64,000 bases of DNA from the NCBI GenBank assembly GCA_963805315.1, contig CAWDTQ010000010.1, forward strand, positions 84,114-148,113. Direction: 5' to 3'. Source of the DNA: an uncultured delta proteobacterium. Its GTDB lineage: Bacteria > Desulfobacterota > Binatia > Binatales > Binataceae. The translations under genes and the position numbers were made by a program. Each line of letters opens with the position of its first letter. The stretch's first letter is position 1. This document shows, piece by piece, positions 27,246 to 35,554 of the stretch. The notes under the pieces are model-generated. The model saw only the letters and a list, made by a program, of their open reading frames with translations. It was not told the DNA's origin and searched no databases.

Positions 27246-27761
27246 TTATTCGTAGGCACGGTTCAACCATCCGTCGAGAAATTCGCGGTCGCCTGGAACG
27301 AGCGCGGCAGTGACGCGATAATGGCCGGCGGCTTCGGCGCGAATCGCCGCCATCAGCGCGGCCGGGTTGGCGCGGCCCGCCTCGAGCGCGGTGCCCTCCC
27401 CTATCACGCCGTCTTCCGTCACCCGCCGGCCGCATGCTCGCAGCGCGCGCTGCAGACATTCGATCGCATGGCCGGCGCCGATATTGACGGCGAGATCGAA
27501 GGTCTTGGCCGCGGCGGCGGCGGGCAGCCGCGCGAAGCCGAATTGCAGCCACCATTCGCGCCAGTAGATTTTCACGGCAGCGTCGCGGGTGAGCGCCGCG
27601 ATATTCACGCCGGGATTCGATCGCGCCGAAATCCCGAACCTGGTGGCGCCGCCGCGGTCGTCCGGATTCGACGAATAGCCGCCCTCGTCGGCGAGCACGC
27701 GCCCGACGGCGGCGAGGAATTCCGGGCTGTACGCGTCAGGAGCGCTGGCTGATGAGTCCAC
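27246..27761 (-). CDS. Glycoside hydrolase family 108 endolysin with PG-binding domain
   Basis: EGGYSSNPDDRGGATRFGIS, FDLAVNIG, LQRAL, DGVIG..T, FLDGWLNR. Confidence 0.9.
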   Translation of the reverse strand: MDSSASAPDAYSPEFLAAVGRVLADEGGYSSNPDDRGGATRFGISARSNPGVNIAALTRDAAVKIYWREWWLQFGFARLPAAAAAKTFDLAVNIGAGHAIECLQRALRACGRRVTEDGVIGEGTALEAGRANPAALMAAIRAEAAGHYRVTAALVPGDREFLDGWLNRAYE

Positions 27762-28239
27762 GTTTCAATCGCTCGTCGAGCGGCGCGGACGTTGGCGGAA
27801 ATGCGGCGGCGGCCGGCTCGGGTGCGCGTTTCAATGCGAGCACCTTGTACACGTAACGCTCGGTGCATCGGAGCTCGCGCGCGATGCGCGAGATGCTGAC
27901 GTTGTCAGCGCGCATCGCGACGATTCGCACGCGCCGGCGCAAATGATTGCTGGTGACGGGAACCAGGATGCGATCGCTGCCGAAGGTGTGCGCCATCGCC
28001 ATCGCCCCGCGCAGCCCGATCGAGCGCGCGATTTGATCGCCGGGCGCAGGAGCCATCGGGACATACAGGCGACGGCCGCCGAAGTCCGCGATCAGCTTGT
28101 CGGCAGCGTCCTCGCCGACCGAATGAACGATCAGATCGTAGAGCGTAGTGCGCTCGGTGGACGCGAACGGATCGAAAGCCGGCGCCCGCGACGGGACGTG
28201 GTTGCTGAATGCGGACAGCCGGCTGGGGATTGCGTTCAT
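27736..28239 (-). CDS. Mor/C-like late transcription activator
   Basis: LIADFGGRRLYVP and C-terminal HTH SISRIARELRCTERYVYKVL. Confidence 0.75.
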   Translation of the reverse strand: MNAIPSRLSAFSNHVPSRAPAFDPFASTERTTLYDLIVHSVGEDAADKLIADFGGRRLYVPMAPAPGDQIARSIGLRGAMAMAHTFGSDRILVPVTSNHLRRRVRIVAMRADNVSISRIARELRCTERYVYKVLALKRAPEPAAAAFPPTSAPLDERLKRGLISQRS

Positions 28240-28464
28240 AAGCCGTAGGCGAGTCGAAGATTGGAAGGAATCGATCCGATATGGCGGTCGCGATCGTAAA
28301 CCAGCCGCCAACTGATCTCGACGTTGTCGTGCACGCACCTGTGGCATAGGCCGTGGTTGCGCATTACCTCGGCCTGGGTGGCGGCTTCGTGACACCACAG
28401 ACAGGCGACGAGGCGACTAGCAACGGTGGGACGATCTTGATCGTCGAGAGGTCGCGGGTTCCAT
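28236..28464 (-). CDS. Small CxxC-CxxC zinc-finger protein coupled to Mor; one frameshift near the start
   Basis: ggagga RBS then ATG 28464; VACLWCH-x15-LCHRCVH; TGA overlaps the Mor ATG (ATGA). Confidence 0.5.
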
Positions 28465-28750
28465 AAATCCTCCGCGCGAGTTGGGGAGCGTCGAGTGCCG
28501 GCAGGGTGATCGAACTGTAGACAAATCGTGAATGCAGCGGCGGGCGCGAGGTCGCGAACTGAGGTAATAGTATTCAGGCGAGCTCGATCGGCGGCGCGCG
28601 ATGCGGGGCGAAGCGGTAACAGGCATGGATTGGTAACAGGGGGTGAGCAATCGCGATTTGGGTGGCGGGAAAATTGGGCTGGCGCCCGAGGGCGGATTGA
28701 TTGTGGCGAGATCATGCGCTTTATGAATCTTATTTCACATTAGGAGATTT

Positions 28751-29413
28751 ATGTCAACTACAGTAGTTGACGCCGCATTTCGCTCGCGGCTCACGCAAGT
28801 GATCCATTCGTTCGGCTCAGTGGTGGCGCTGGCGACGGCGGTCGGGGTTTCGGACAACGCAATCTACAAGTGGCTGTCGGGCCGTGGACAACCGAGCGTC
28901 GCGAACCTGGTGTCGTTGGCGCGAGCGGGGCGCGTGTCGGTCGAGTGGCTGGCGACGGGGGCCGAGCCGACGCAGGGGGCGCAGGCGATCAAGCGCGCGG
29001 TGGGGCACGGCGACTTCATCTTCATGCCGCGCAACCGGATGCGATTCTCGAGCGGGCGCGGCGGGACCCTTAGCAGCGAGCAGGTGGTCGATTCGATCGC
29101 GTTCCGGGCGGAGTGGGTGAAGCGGGTGCTCCACGCCGAGTCGCGCGACCTGATCCTGATCGAAGTGGTGGGCGATTCGATGGCGCCGACGATCGAGGAT
29201 TCGGACTTGATCGTCGCCAACCTGGCGGAGCCGCGCTTTCGACAGGACGGAATCTACCTGCTGCGCCACGACAGCGGGCTCACGGTGAAGCGAATCCAGC
29301 GGCGGCCGGACGGCAAGTTGATGATGCGCAGCGACAATCCGAAATACGAAACGATGGTGGTGGCGACGGTGAAAGTGATCGGGCGGGTGATCTGGATTGG
29401 CGGCTGCGTGTGA
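28751..29413 (+). CDS. CI/LexA-type repressor (XRE HTH plus S24 peptidase)
   Basis: aggag RBS; LATAVGVSDNAIYKWLSG HTH; VVGDSMAPTI and LTVKRIQ catalytic Ser/Lys; SDNPKY; IGRVIW. Confidence 0.9.
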   Translation: MSTTVVDAAFRSRLTQVIHSFGSVVALATAVGVSDNAIYKWLSGRGQPSVANLVSLARAGRVSVEWLATGAEPTQGAQAIKRAVGHGDFIFMPRNRMRFSSGRGGTLSSEQVVDSIAFRAEWVKRVLHAESRDLILIEVVGDSMAPTIEDSDLIVANLAEPRFRQDGIYLLRHDSGLTVKRIQRRPDGKLMMRSDNPKYETMVVATVKVIGRVIWIGGCV

Positions 29414-29424
29414 TAGGCGGCGCG

Positions 29425-29847
29425 TCAACGCGACTGCGCATCGGCGATGACGCCGAATTGAGTGATGAACAGAGCGCACGCGATCATGGCGAGGCCCTTG
29501 AGGAACATCGAGACGTTGACGCCGCGCATCACGGGATCGGAAAGCGTGACTATCGCGGTGCCGTGCACGACGATGGTGACGGGGATGAGAAAAATCACGA
29601 TGAGCCAGGCGCCGAGGCGCGGGCGATAGTTGAAGAGAATCATCGCGGCGCCGACGAGCTCGACGACGGCGGAAATCGTCACCCAGAATGCGCGAAATGG
29701 AATCGGCGCGGGCATCAGGTCGATGTAACTCTGCATCGCGGTGAAGTGCGTGATGCCGGAGAGAAAGAAAATCAGCGTGAAGAGAATGCGGGCGGTGAGG
29801 CCGATGGCGGGACTGATGATCTTCAGATCGTTGTCGTGGGTTTCCAT
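29425..29847 (-). CDS. DoxX family membrane protein
   Basis: ARILFTLIFFLSGITHF, VELVGA..IL, four hydrophobic segments. Confidence 0.8.
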   Translation of the reverse strand: METHDNDLKIISPAIGLTARILFTLIFFLSGITHFTAMQSYIDLMPAPIPFRAFWVTISAVVELVGAAMILFNYRPRLGAWLIVIFLIPVTIVVHGTAIVTLSDPVMRGVNVSMFLKGLAMIACALFITQFGVIADAQSR

Positions 29848-29930
29848 AGTCGGGGAACGATAGTGGATCGGGCGCGGCTATAGAAGAGAAGAGTTTTTGT
29901 CTTTCGGCGTTTGGGGACTATGATTCCGAT

Positions 29931-31514
29931 GTGAGTTCGCGAAACAAAGACACCGAGATTGTGCGAGCCGACCTGGCGGAGGTGATCGAGCGGCACGAAG
30001 TCGGGCTCGACGCGGCGCGGCCGGACGCGGTCGCTCGTCGGCGCAAGACGGGGCAGCGGACGGCGCGCGAGAATATCGAGGAGTTGTGCGACGCGGGCAC
30101 GTTCGTCGAGTACGGGCCAATCGTCGTCGCCGCGCAGCGCCGGCGCCGCAAGATGGACGACCTGATCAAGAACACGCCGGCCGACGGTCTCGTCACGGGG
30201 CTCGCGACGATCAATGGAAACCTGTTCGGGGCAGAGAAGGCGCGGGCCGTTGTCATGTCGTATGACTACACGGTGCTGGCCGGCACGCAGGGGCATCAGA
30301 ACCATCGCAAGAAAGATCGGATGTTCCAAATCGCGCGCGAGTTGCGATTGCCGCTGGTGCTGTTCGCGGAAGGCGGCGGCGGGCGGCCGGGAGACACCGA
30401 CGGCGGCTTTCACAATTCGCGATCGTTCCACGATTTTCCGAAGCTGAGCGGGCTGGTGCCGCTGGTCGGTATCACGTCGGGCAGGTGCTATGCGGGCAAC
30501 GCGTCGCTGCTGGGATGCTGCGACGTCGTGATCGCGACGACGCGCTCGAACATCGGGATGGGCGGGCCCGCGATGATCGAAGGCGGCGGGCTGGGCATCT
30601 TTCGTCCCGAAGAAATCGGGCCGATGGAGGTGCAGGTGCCCAACGGCGTCGTCGATATCGCGGTCGCCGACGAATCGGAAGCGGTGCAGGTGGCGCGCAA
30701 ATATCTTTCGTACTTCCAGGGCGCGGTGAGCGAGTGGGCGTGCGCGGATCAGCGGCTGCTGCGCAACATCATTCCGGAGAACCGGCTTCGCGTTTACGAC
30801 GTGCGCTCGGTTATCGAGACGATGGCGGATACCGGCTCGATGCTCGAGATTCGGCGCGACTTCGGGCTGACGATGATCGCGGCGTTTATCAGAATCGAGG
30901 GGCATCCGTTCGGAGTGGTCGCGAACAACCCTAAGCATCTGGCGGGCGCGATCGACAGCGACGGCGCGGACAAGGGCGCGCGCTTCATCCAGTTGTGCGA
31001 CGCGTTCGACATTCCGATTTTGTTTTTGTGCGACACGCCCGGCATCATGGTGGGCCCGGAAATCGAGAAGACGGCGCTGGTGCGGCATTCGTCGCGAATG
31101 TTCCTGACGGCGGCGAACGCGACGGTGCCGTTTTTCACGATCGTGCTGCGCAAGGCGTACGGACTGGGCGGGATCGCGATGGCCGGCGGGAGCTACGACG
31201 CTCCGCTATTCACGGTGGCGTGGCCGACGGGCGAATTCGGCCCGATGGGACTCGAGGGCGCGGTGAAGCTCGGCTACCGCAACGAACTGGCGGCGATCGC
31301 CGAACCGGCGGCGCGCAAGAAACGTTTCGACGAGATGGTCGCGACGATGTACCAGCGCGGGAAGGCGATCAACAACGCGTCGCACTTCGGAGTTGACGAC
31401 GTGATCGATCCGGCTGATTCGCGGAGATGGATCGCGGCGGGGCTGCGGTCGAGCGCTTCGTGGCCGCCGGAGCCGCGCGCCGGGAAGAAGCATCGGTACA
31501 TCGATAGTTGGTAG
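29931..31514 (+). CDS. Acyl-CoA carboxylase carboxyltransferase subunit
   Basis: TARENI..L.D.G.F.EYG, YDYTVLAGTQG, EGGGGRPGD, MGGPAMIEG, DTPGIMVG, VLRKAYG. Confidence 0.9.
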   Translation: MSSRNKDTEIVRADLAEVIERHEVGLDAARPDAVARRRKTGQRTARENIEELCDAGTFVEYGPIVVAAQRRRRKMDDLIKNTPADGLVTGLATINGNLFGAEKARAVVMSYDYTVLAGTQGHQNHRKKDRMFQIARELRLPLVLFAEGGGGRPGDTDGGFHNSRSFHDFPKLSGLVPLVGITSGRCYAGNASLLGCCDVVIATTRSNIGMGGPAMIEGGGLGIFRPEEIGPMEVQVPNGVVDIAVADESEAVQVARKYLSYFQGAVSEWACADQRLLRNIIPENRLRVYDVRSVIETMADTGSMLEIRRDFGLTMIAAFIRIEGHPFGVVANNPKHLAGAIDSDGADKGARFIQLCDAFDIPILFLCDTPGIMVGPEIEKTALVRHSSRMFLTAANATVPFFTIVLRKAYGLGGIAMAGGSYDAPLFTVAWPTGEFGPMGLEGAVKLGYRNELAAIAEPAARKKRFDEMVATMYQRGKAINNASHFGVDDVIDPADSRRWIAAGLRSSASWPPEPRAGKKHRYIDSW

Positions 31515-31590
31515 GTTTGTACTGGTGATACTCACTGAGGTATCCAAATTGCGCGTGGATGCGGAGAGCATTGGCCGAACTTTATTGTAT

Positions 31591-31675
31591 GTGAAACCCG
31601 CGGTGGGTTTCACACTTCCTTCGGCAGGGGTGACCCCTGCACCCAATATTAGGAGAAGATGCGGGACTTCGTCCC
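31591..31675 (-). repeat. Family-1 REP-like element, copy D (reverse orientation)
   Basis: Reverse complement of copy C; first hairpin reads gggacgaagtccc (compensatory pair change). Confidence 0.9.
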
Positions 31676-31747
31676 TGTTAGGAAGTTCGTTGGGAGAGGA
31701 GACAGAGGGACCCGATTGCTTTAAGTGATTATCGAAGGAGAGACGAT

Positions 31748-32533
31748 TTGATCACGTCGGCCGAGGAAATTGTCAGGGTTGCGGGCGCCAAGTTGGCGAT
31801 GGTCAAGGGAGGCTCGGGCAAGCCGCTGCTGATTTTTCATGATGAGCTTGGTTATCCGGGGTGGATGACCTGGAACGAGACCCTCGCGCATGAGCGGACG
31901 TTGTTGATTCCGCTGCAGCCTGGGTACGGCAAGACGCCGCGGCTGGAATGGGTGCGGACTTATCGGGATCTGGCGGGCTTCTATTCGCAGGTCGTGCGCG
32001 AGTTGCGGCTCGATCCGGTCGACGTAATCGGATATTCGGCGGGTGGATTTATTGCGGCTGAGATGGTTGCGGCCGATCCGAGGATCTTTTCGAAGATGGT
32101 TTTGGTCGCGCCGATGGGGATCAAGCCCGCCGAAGGCGAGATCATGGACATCTTTCCGATCACGATGCGCACGCATCTGCGCGCGACCGTCGCGGACCCG
32201 GCGGGCACGCCCGAGTTTCTCAAGCTGTACGGCGGCGAGATGACGCCCGAGCAATTCGAGGCGTTCGAGGACGCGCGCGCGGAGTCGGCGCGAATCGGAT
32301 GGGAACCTTATATGCACAATCCCGCCCTGCCGCATCTGCTGCGCGGAACCAGGACTCCGACGCTGCTGGTGTGGGGGACGCGCGACCGCGTCGTTCCCCG
32401 CGGATGTATCGACGCGTACAAGCAGGCGATTCCCGCGGCGAAGGTCGCTACGATTGAAAATGTCGGGCATCGGCCGGAAATTGAAAACTCAGACGAGTTC
32501 GATCGGGTAGTCAGTCGATTTCTCAGCGAATAG
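31748..32533 (+). CDS. Alpha/beta hydrolase fold protein
   Basis: PGYGKTP, nucleophile elbow GYSAGG, LVWGTRD, acid/His GHRPEIE. Confidence 0.85.
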   Translation: MITSAEEIVRVAGAKLAMVKGGSGKPLLIFHDELGYPGWMTWNETLAHERTLLIPLQPGYGKTPRLEWVRTYRDLAGFYSQVVRELRLDPVDVIGYSAGGFIAAEMVAADPRIFSKMVLVAPMGIKPAEGEIMDIFPITMRTHLRATVADPAGTPEFLKLYGGEMTPEQFEAFEDARAESARIGWEPYMHNPALPHLLRGTRTPTLLVWGTRDRVVPRGCIDAYKQAIPAAKVATIENVGHRPEIENSDEFDRVVSRFLSE

Positions 32534-32553
32534 CGACATCGCAGGAGTCGCTC

Positions 32554-33876
32554 ATGAAAATAGGATATTTCACCGAACGTCCGGTGCGCTGGATTCCCGA
32601 AGAAGTGATACTGCGCAACGGCGGACATTTCGCGGTCTCGAATAGCTACTTCGATCGCGAGCGGGCGGCCGAAGACTATAACTACTTCATCGACGAGAAC
32701 CTGTACGCCGAAGAACTGGGCTTCGACATCGTCGCGCTGAATGAGCATCACGGCAATCCGTTCTGCATGGGAAGCGTGATGAACGTCGAGGCCGCAATCC
32801 TGGCGCGGCTCACGAAGAAGGCGCGGATCCTGCTGATCGGCAACCCGCTGCCGGTGATCAAGCATCCGCTGCGGATGGCCGAAGAGCTGGCGGAGATCGA
32901 TTTGATCTCGCGCGGGCGCATGATCACCGGATGGGTGCGCGGCGCGGGCAGCGAGCAGTTTTTCAACAACGCCAATCCGACCTACAACCGCGAGCTGTTC
33001 GAGGAGGCGCACGATTTTATCGTGCAGGCGTGGACGCGGCCGGGGCCGTGGCGCTACGAGGGCAAGCATTTTCACTACCGGCACGTGAATCCGTGGGCGC
33101 TGCCGTATCAGAAGCCGTATCCGCCGATGTGGATACCGGGGACGCTCAGCCCGGAGACGGTGCGATGGTGCGCGGAAAAAAAATATCCATATTTCGGCTT
33201 GGGAACGTCGCTGGGGCCGACCTGCGACCTGTGGGATTACTACGCGGACGAGGCCGCCAAGCACGGATACGAGGCGGGTTCGGAAAATTTCGGCTACGTG
33301 CTGCCGACGTTCGTGGCCGAGACTGAAGAGCGGGCGCAGGAACTCGGCAAAGGTTTTCTGTTCGGCGGCGGGCAGAACTCGTTCGCGCGCGTCGAGCATA
33401 CGCTGCCGCCCGGATACAACTCCAAGGAGGCGATTCGAAAGCTCGCGAAGCAGCCGCAAGGCAGCTGGCTCGGAGTGAGCGGCGACAAGATGCGCCAGCA
33501 TGGCGAGGAGCAGGTAATCGATCCGGAAGCGGTTCGACAGAAGTTGATGCCGGGTTATCAGAAAGCGCAGAAGGCGATCCAACTCGTGATCGGCACGCCC
33601 AAGTCGGTGCTGCCGAAACTGAAGAGCATCCTGACCGTGCTGCGGCCGGGGTCGCTGGTGATCTTCAGCGTGCAAGGGCCGGTGCCCAACAAGGATCGCC
33701 AGACGAGCATGCGGCTGATCGCGCAGGAAATAATTCCCGCGCTGAAGGAACACGCGAAGTCGATCGACCTGGTCGACGCGCTCGAGCGCACGCCGGGGTC
33801 GATCAAGCTGACGGCGGGAACCTCGCGCGGCCCGGTTTCAGATCGAGGTCCACTCAAAGAATTGGGGCTGGCGTAG
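32554..33876 (+). CDS. LLM class flavin-dependent oxidoreductase
   Basis: AEELGFD...LNEHH, HPLRMAEELAEIDLISRGR, AWTRPGPWRYEGKHF, PYQKPYPPMW. Confidence 0.9.
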   Translation: MKIGYFTERPVRWIPEEVILRNGGHFAVSNSYFDRERAAEDYNYFIDENLYAEELGFDIVALNEHHGNPFCMGSVMNVEAAILARLTKKARILLIGNPLPVIKHPLRMAEELAEIDLISRGRMITGWVRGAGSEQFFNNANPTYNRELFEEAHDFIVQAWTRPGPWRYEGKHFHYRHVNPWALPYQKPYPPMWIPGTLSPETVRWCAEKKYPYFGLGTSLGPTCDLWDYYADEAAKHGYEAGSENFGYVLPTFVAETEERAQELGKGFLFGGGQNSFARVEHTLPPGYNSKEAIRKLAKQPQGSWLGVSGDKMRQHGEEQVIDPEAVRQKLMPGYQKAQKAIQLVIGTPKSVLPKLKSILTVLRPGSLVIFSVQGPVPNKDRQTSMRLIAQEIIPALKEHAKSIDLVDALERTPGSIKLTAGTSRGPVSDRGPLKELGLA

Positions 33877-33928
33877 GCAGGGGTGACCCCTGCACCCAGT
33901 ACCAGGAAAAGATGCGAGACTTCCTCCC
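33877..33928 (-). repeat. Family-1 REP-like element, partial copy E
   Basis: gcaggggtgacccctgcacccagt...aagatgcg starts at the base after the LLM stop. Confidence 0.8.
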
Positions 33929-33971
33929 TGTTAGGACGTTGACCGGGGCGGAGAATCAGATCAAATCGATT

Positions 33972-34313
33972 ATGAAGAAGGTGCTGATGGTGTGTACCGG
34001 CAACATGGATCGCAGTCCGACGGCCGCGATGGTGCTGGCGGAAATGTGCGCGCCGATGTGGGTGACGTCGGCAGGGACGGAGTCGTGGGCGAAGAATCCG
34101 GTGAGCCTGGAGCTGGTCGAGGAAGCGGACGTGATTTGCGTGATGGAGGAGGCGCACCGGCGCCATATTCGTGACCGCTTCGGCGCAGCGCACGCGGAGA
34201 AGGTCGTGGTGCTCGACGTTCCCGACAATTACGTCTGCTGGGAGGACAAGCTAATCCATCTGCTCAAAGGCAAGCTGCGAGCGGCATTGGGGCTGACCGG
34301 ATCGCGCAGGTAG
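33972..34313 (+). CDS. Low-molecular-weight phosphotyrosine phosphatase family protein
   Basis: VLMVCTGNMDRSPTA (CX5R), SAGT, LDVPDNY. Confidence 0.85.
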   Translation: MKKVLMVCTGNMDRSPTAAMVLAEMCAPMWVTSAGTESWAKNPVSLELVEEADVICVMEEAHRRHIRDRFGAAHAEKVVVLDVPDNYVCWEDKLIHLLKGKLRAALGLTGSRR

Positions 34314-34316
34314 CTG

Positions 34317-34745
34317 CTATCTGCCGACCGCGTGACGGACTGTATTGAGGATGTAGATGAAGTCGCGAGGCGATCGCACGTCGCCGAGCAGCGCCACGCG
34401 CGCCAACATTTCCATCTCGTCGCCCGAGATGTTGTGGATGCGCCTGAGCTGATCGTCCTTGCGAAAATCCTCCCACGCCGACTTCGCGTCGGTTTCAGGC
34501 TCGGGCGTGAGGAGCGCCTGCGCGCGCGGATTGGCGAGGAAAAATAGTTCGCGCCGGTCGAGTCCGAGCACTTCCGCCAGACGCGTCACGATCTTGTCGG
34601 ACGGGTGGCGCTTGGCCGACTCGAGATGCCCGATGTAGGGAGTGGAAGTTTTGATGCGCCGCGCCACCTCTTCCTGCGTCAGGTCGAGCTGGCGACGACG
34701 GTCGCGAAGTACTTGCCCGAAACTGCGTTCCTTGGTCCGTGCCAT
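34317..34745 (-). CDS. XRE family HTH transcriptional regulator
   Basis: LRDRRRQLDLTQEEVARRIKTSTPYIGHLESAKRHPS. Confidence 0.85.
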   Translation of the reverse strand: MARTKERSFGQVLRDRRRQLDLTQEEVARRIKTSTPYIGHLESAKRHPSDKIVTRLAEVLGLDRRELFFLANPRAQALLTPEPETDAKSAWEDFRKDDQLRRIHNISGDEMEMLARVALLGDVRSPRDFIYILNTVRHAVGR

Positions 34746-34844
34746 TTGATGTCGCCCCTAAAGAAGTCCCGTGCGTGGGATCAGCCGTGCTCCCAACCAA
34801 TTGGGTTATATTCGACGCTGTCAGTTTGTAGCATCCAGGCGACT

Positions 34845-35475
34845 TAAAGGCAATATTCCGCAGTGAAGCGGGCCGCGCTTGCGCTTCCTGAAGATCGCCG
34901 CCCTTCACGAGGGTTGACCACAGGTCCTTTGGATCGCTGAAAAGCAGGTCAGCCTTGGCCGGGACGACGTACCATGCGCCCGCCATTACTTCGCCGAGGA
35001 GCTGATCGCGCAGCCATTGGGCCTTGCCTAAAATGACGCGGAGGTCGGCGATGCGCGCGTCCTTGAGAACGGCGGCGATCGCGTCGCGGCCGCTTGCGAC
35101 GTAAATGTCGTCGAAAACTTTGGTCGCCGATCCGATTGCCGACGGCGCGCGAAAGATCACCGACACCTCGTCAGTTTCCACCGGCCCGCCGAGGTAGAGC
35201 GGCTCATTCGCGCCGCTCAACTGGCGCGCTTGCGCGAACATGTCGCTAACCCGCTGCTTGGTCGGGCTGTTAATTATGACGCCGGCAAGCAGCGGCGGTT
35301 CCGTCGACGGCAGCATCAGGATTACCGAGCGCTGAAACAGCGGGTCCTGCAGATCGCGCGTGGCAACCAGAAAGGAAGGTCCGGTCAGGTCCGTGCTCTG
35401 CGCATTTTGCGCTGTCGCAATCGTCGCGATCAGCGCCGCCGATGCGGCCAGGAGCTTGAAGCTGAATCCCCGCAT
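34845..35475 (-). CDS. YqgE/AlgH (DUF179)-like protein with N-terminal signal peptide; 3' end uncertain
   Basis: FLVATRDLQDPLFQRSVIL, GVIINSP, LYLGGPV, GKAQW...QL.GE...GAW. The ORF runs on to 34495 over the next gene, probably because of an indel. Confidence 0.65.
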
Positions 35476-35554
35476 ACCAAATCTACATATCGTCAACTCG
35501 GACCGGCGTTCAACGTCGAGGCGCTGACCTGAGGTTGCGGCAAATGCTATTGCT

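Larger units (their letters stand above)
20615..29413. mobile_element. Truncated or domesticated Mu-like prophage module (repressor, late activator, lysis, packaging; no transposase, head or tail genes)
   Basis: Mu-like gene order Mor, lysin, spanins, holin, gp25, gp26, gp27, gp28, gp29 with a divergent CI-like repressor; flanked by a methyltransferase and DoxX. Confidence 0.8.

Noticed and set aside
20615-29413. Intact inducible Mu-like prophage
   Set aside because: No transposase, MuB, head protease, capsid or tail genes between the flanking host genes.
34495-34845. C-terminal extension of the YqgE/AlgH ORF
   Set aside because: Overlaps a clear XRE regulator on the same strand by ~250 bp and has no domain-like content; probably run-on from an indel.
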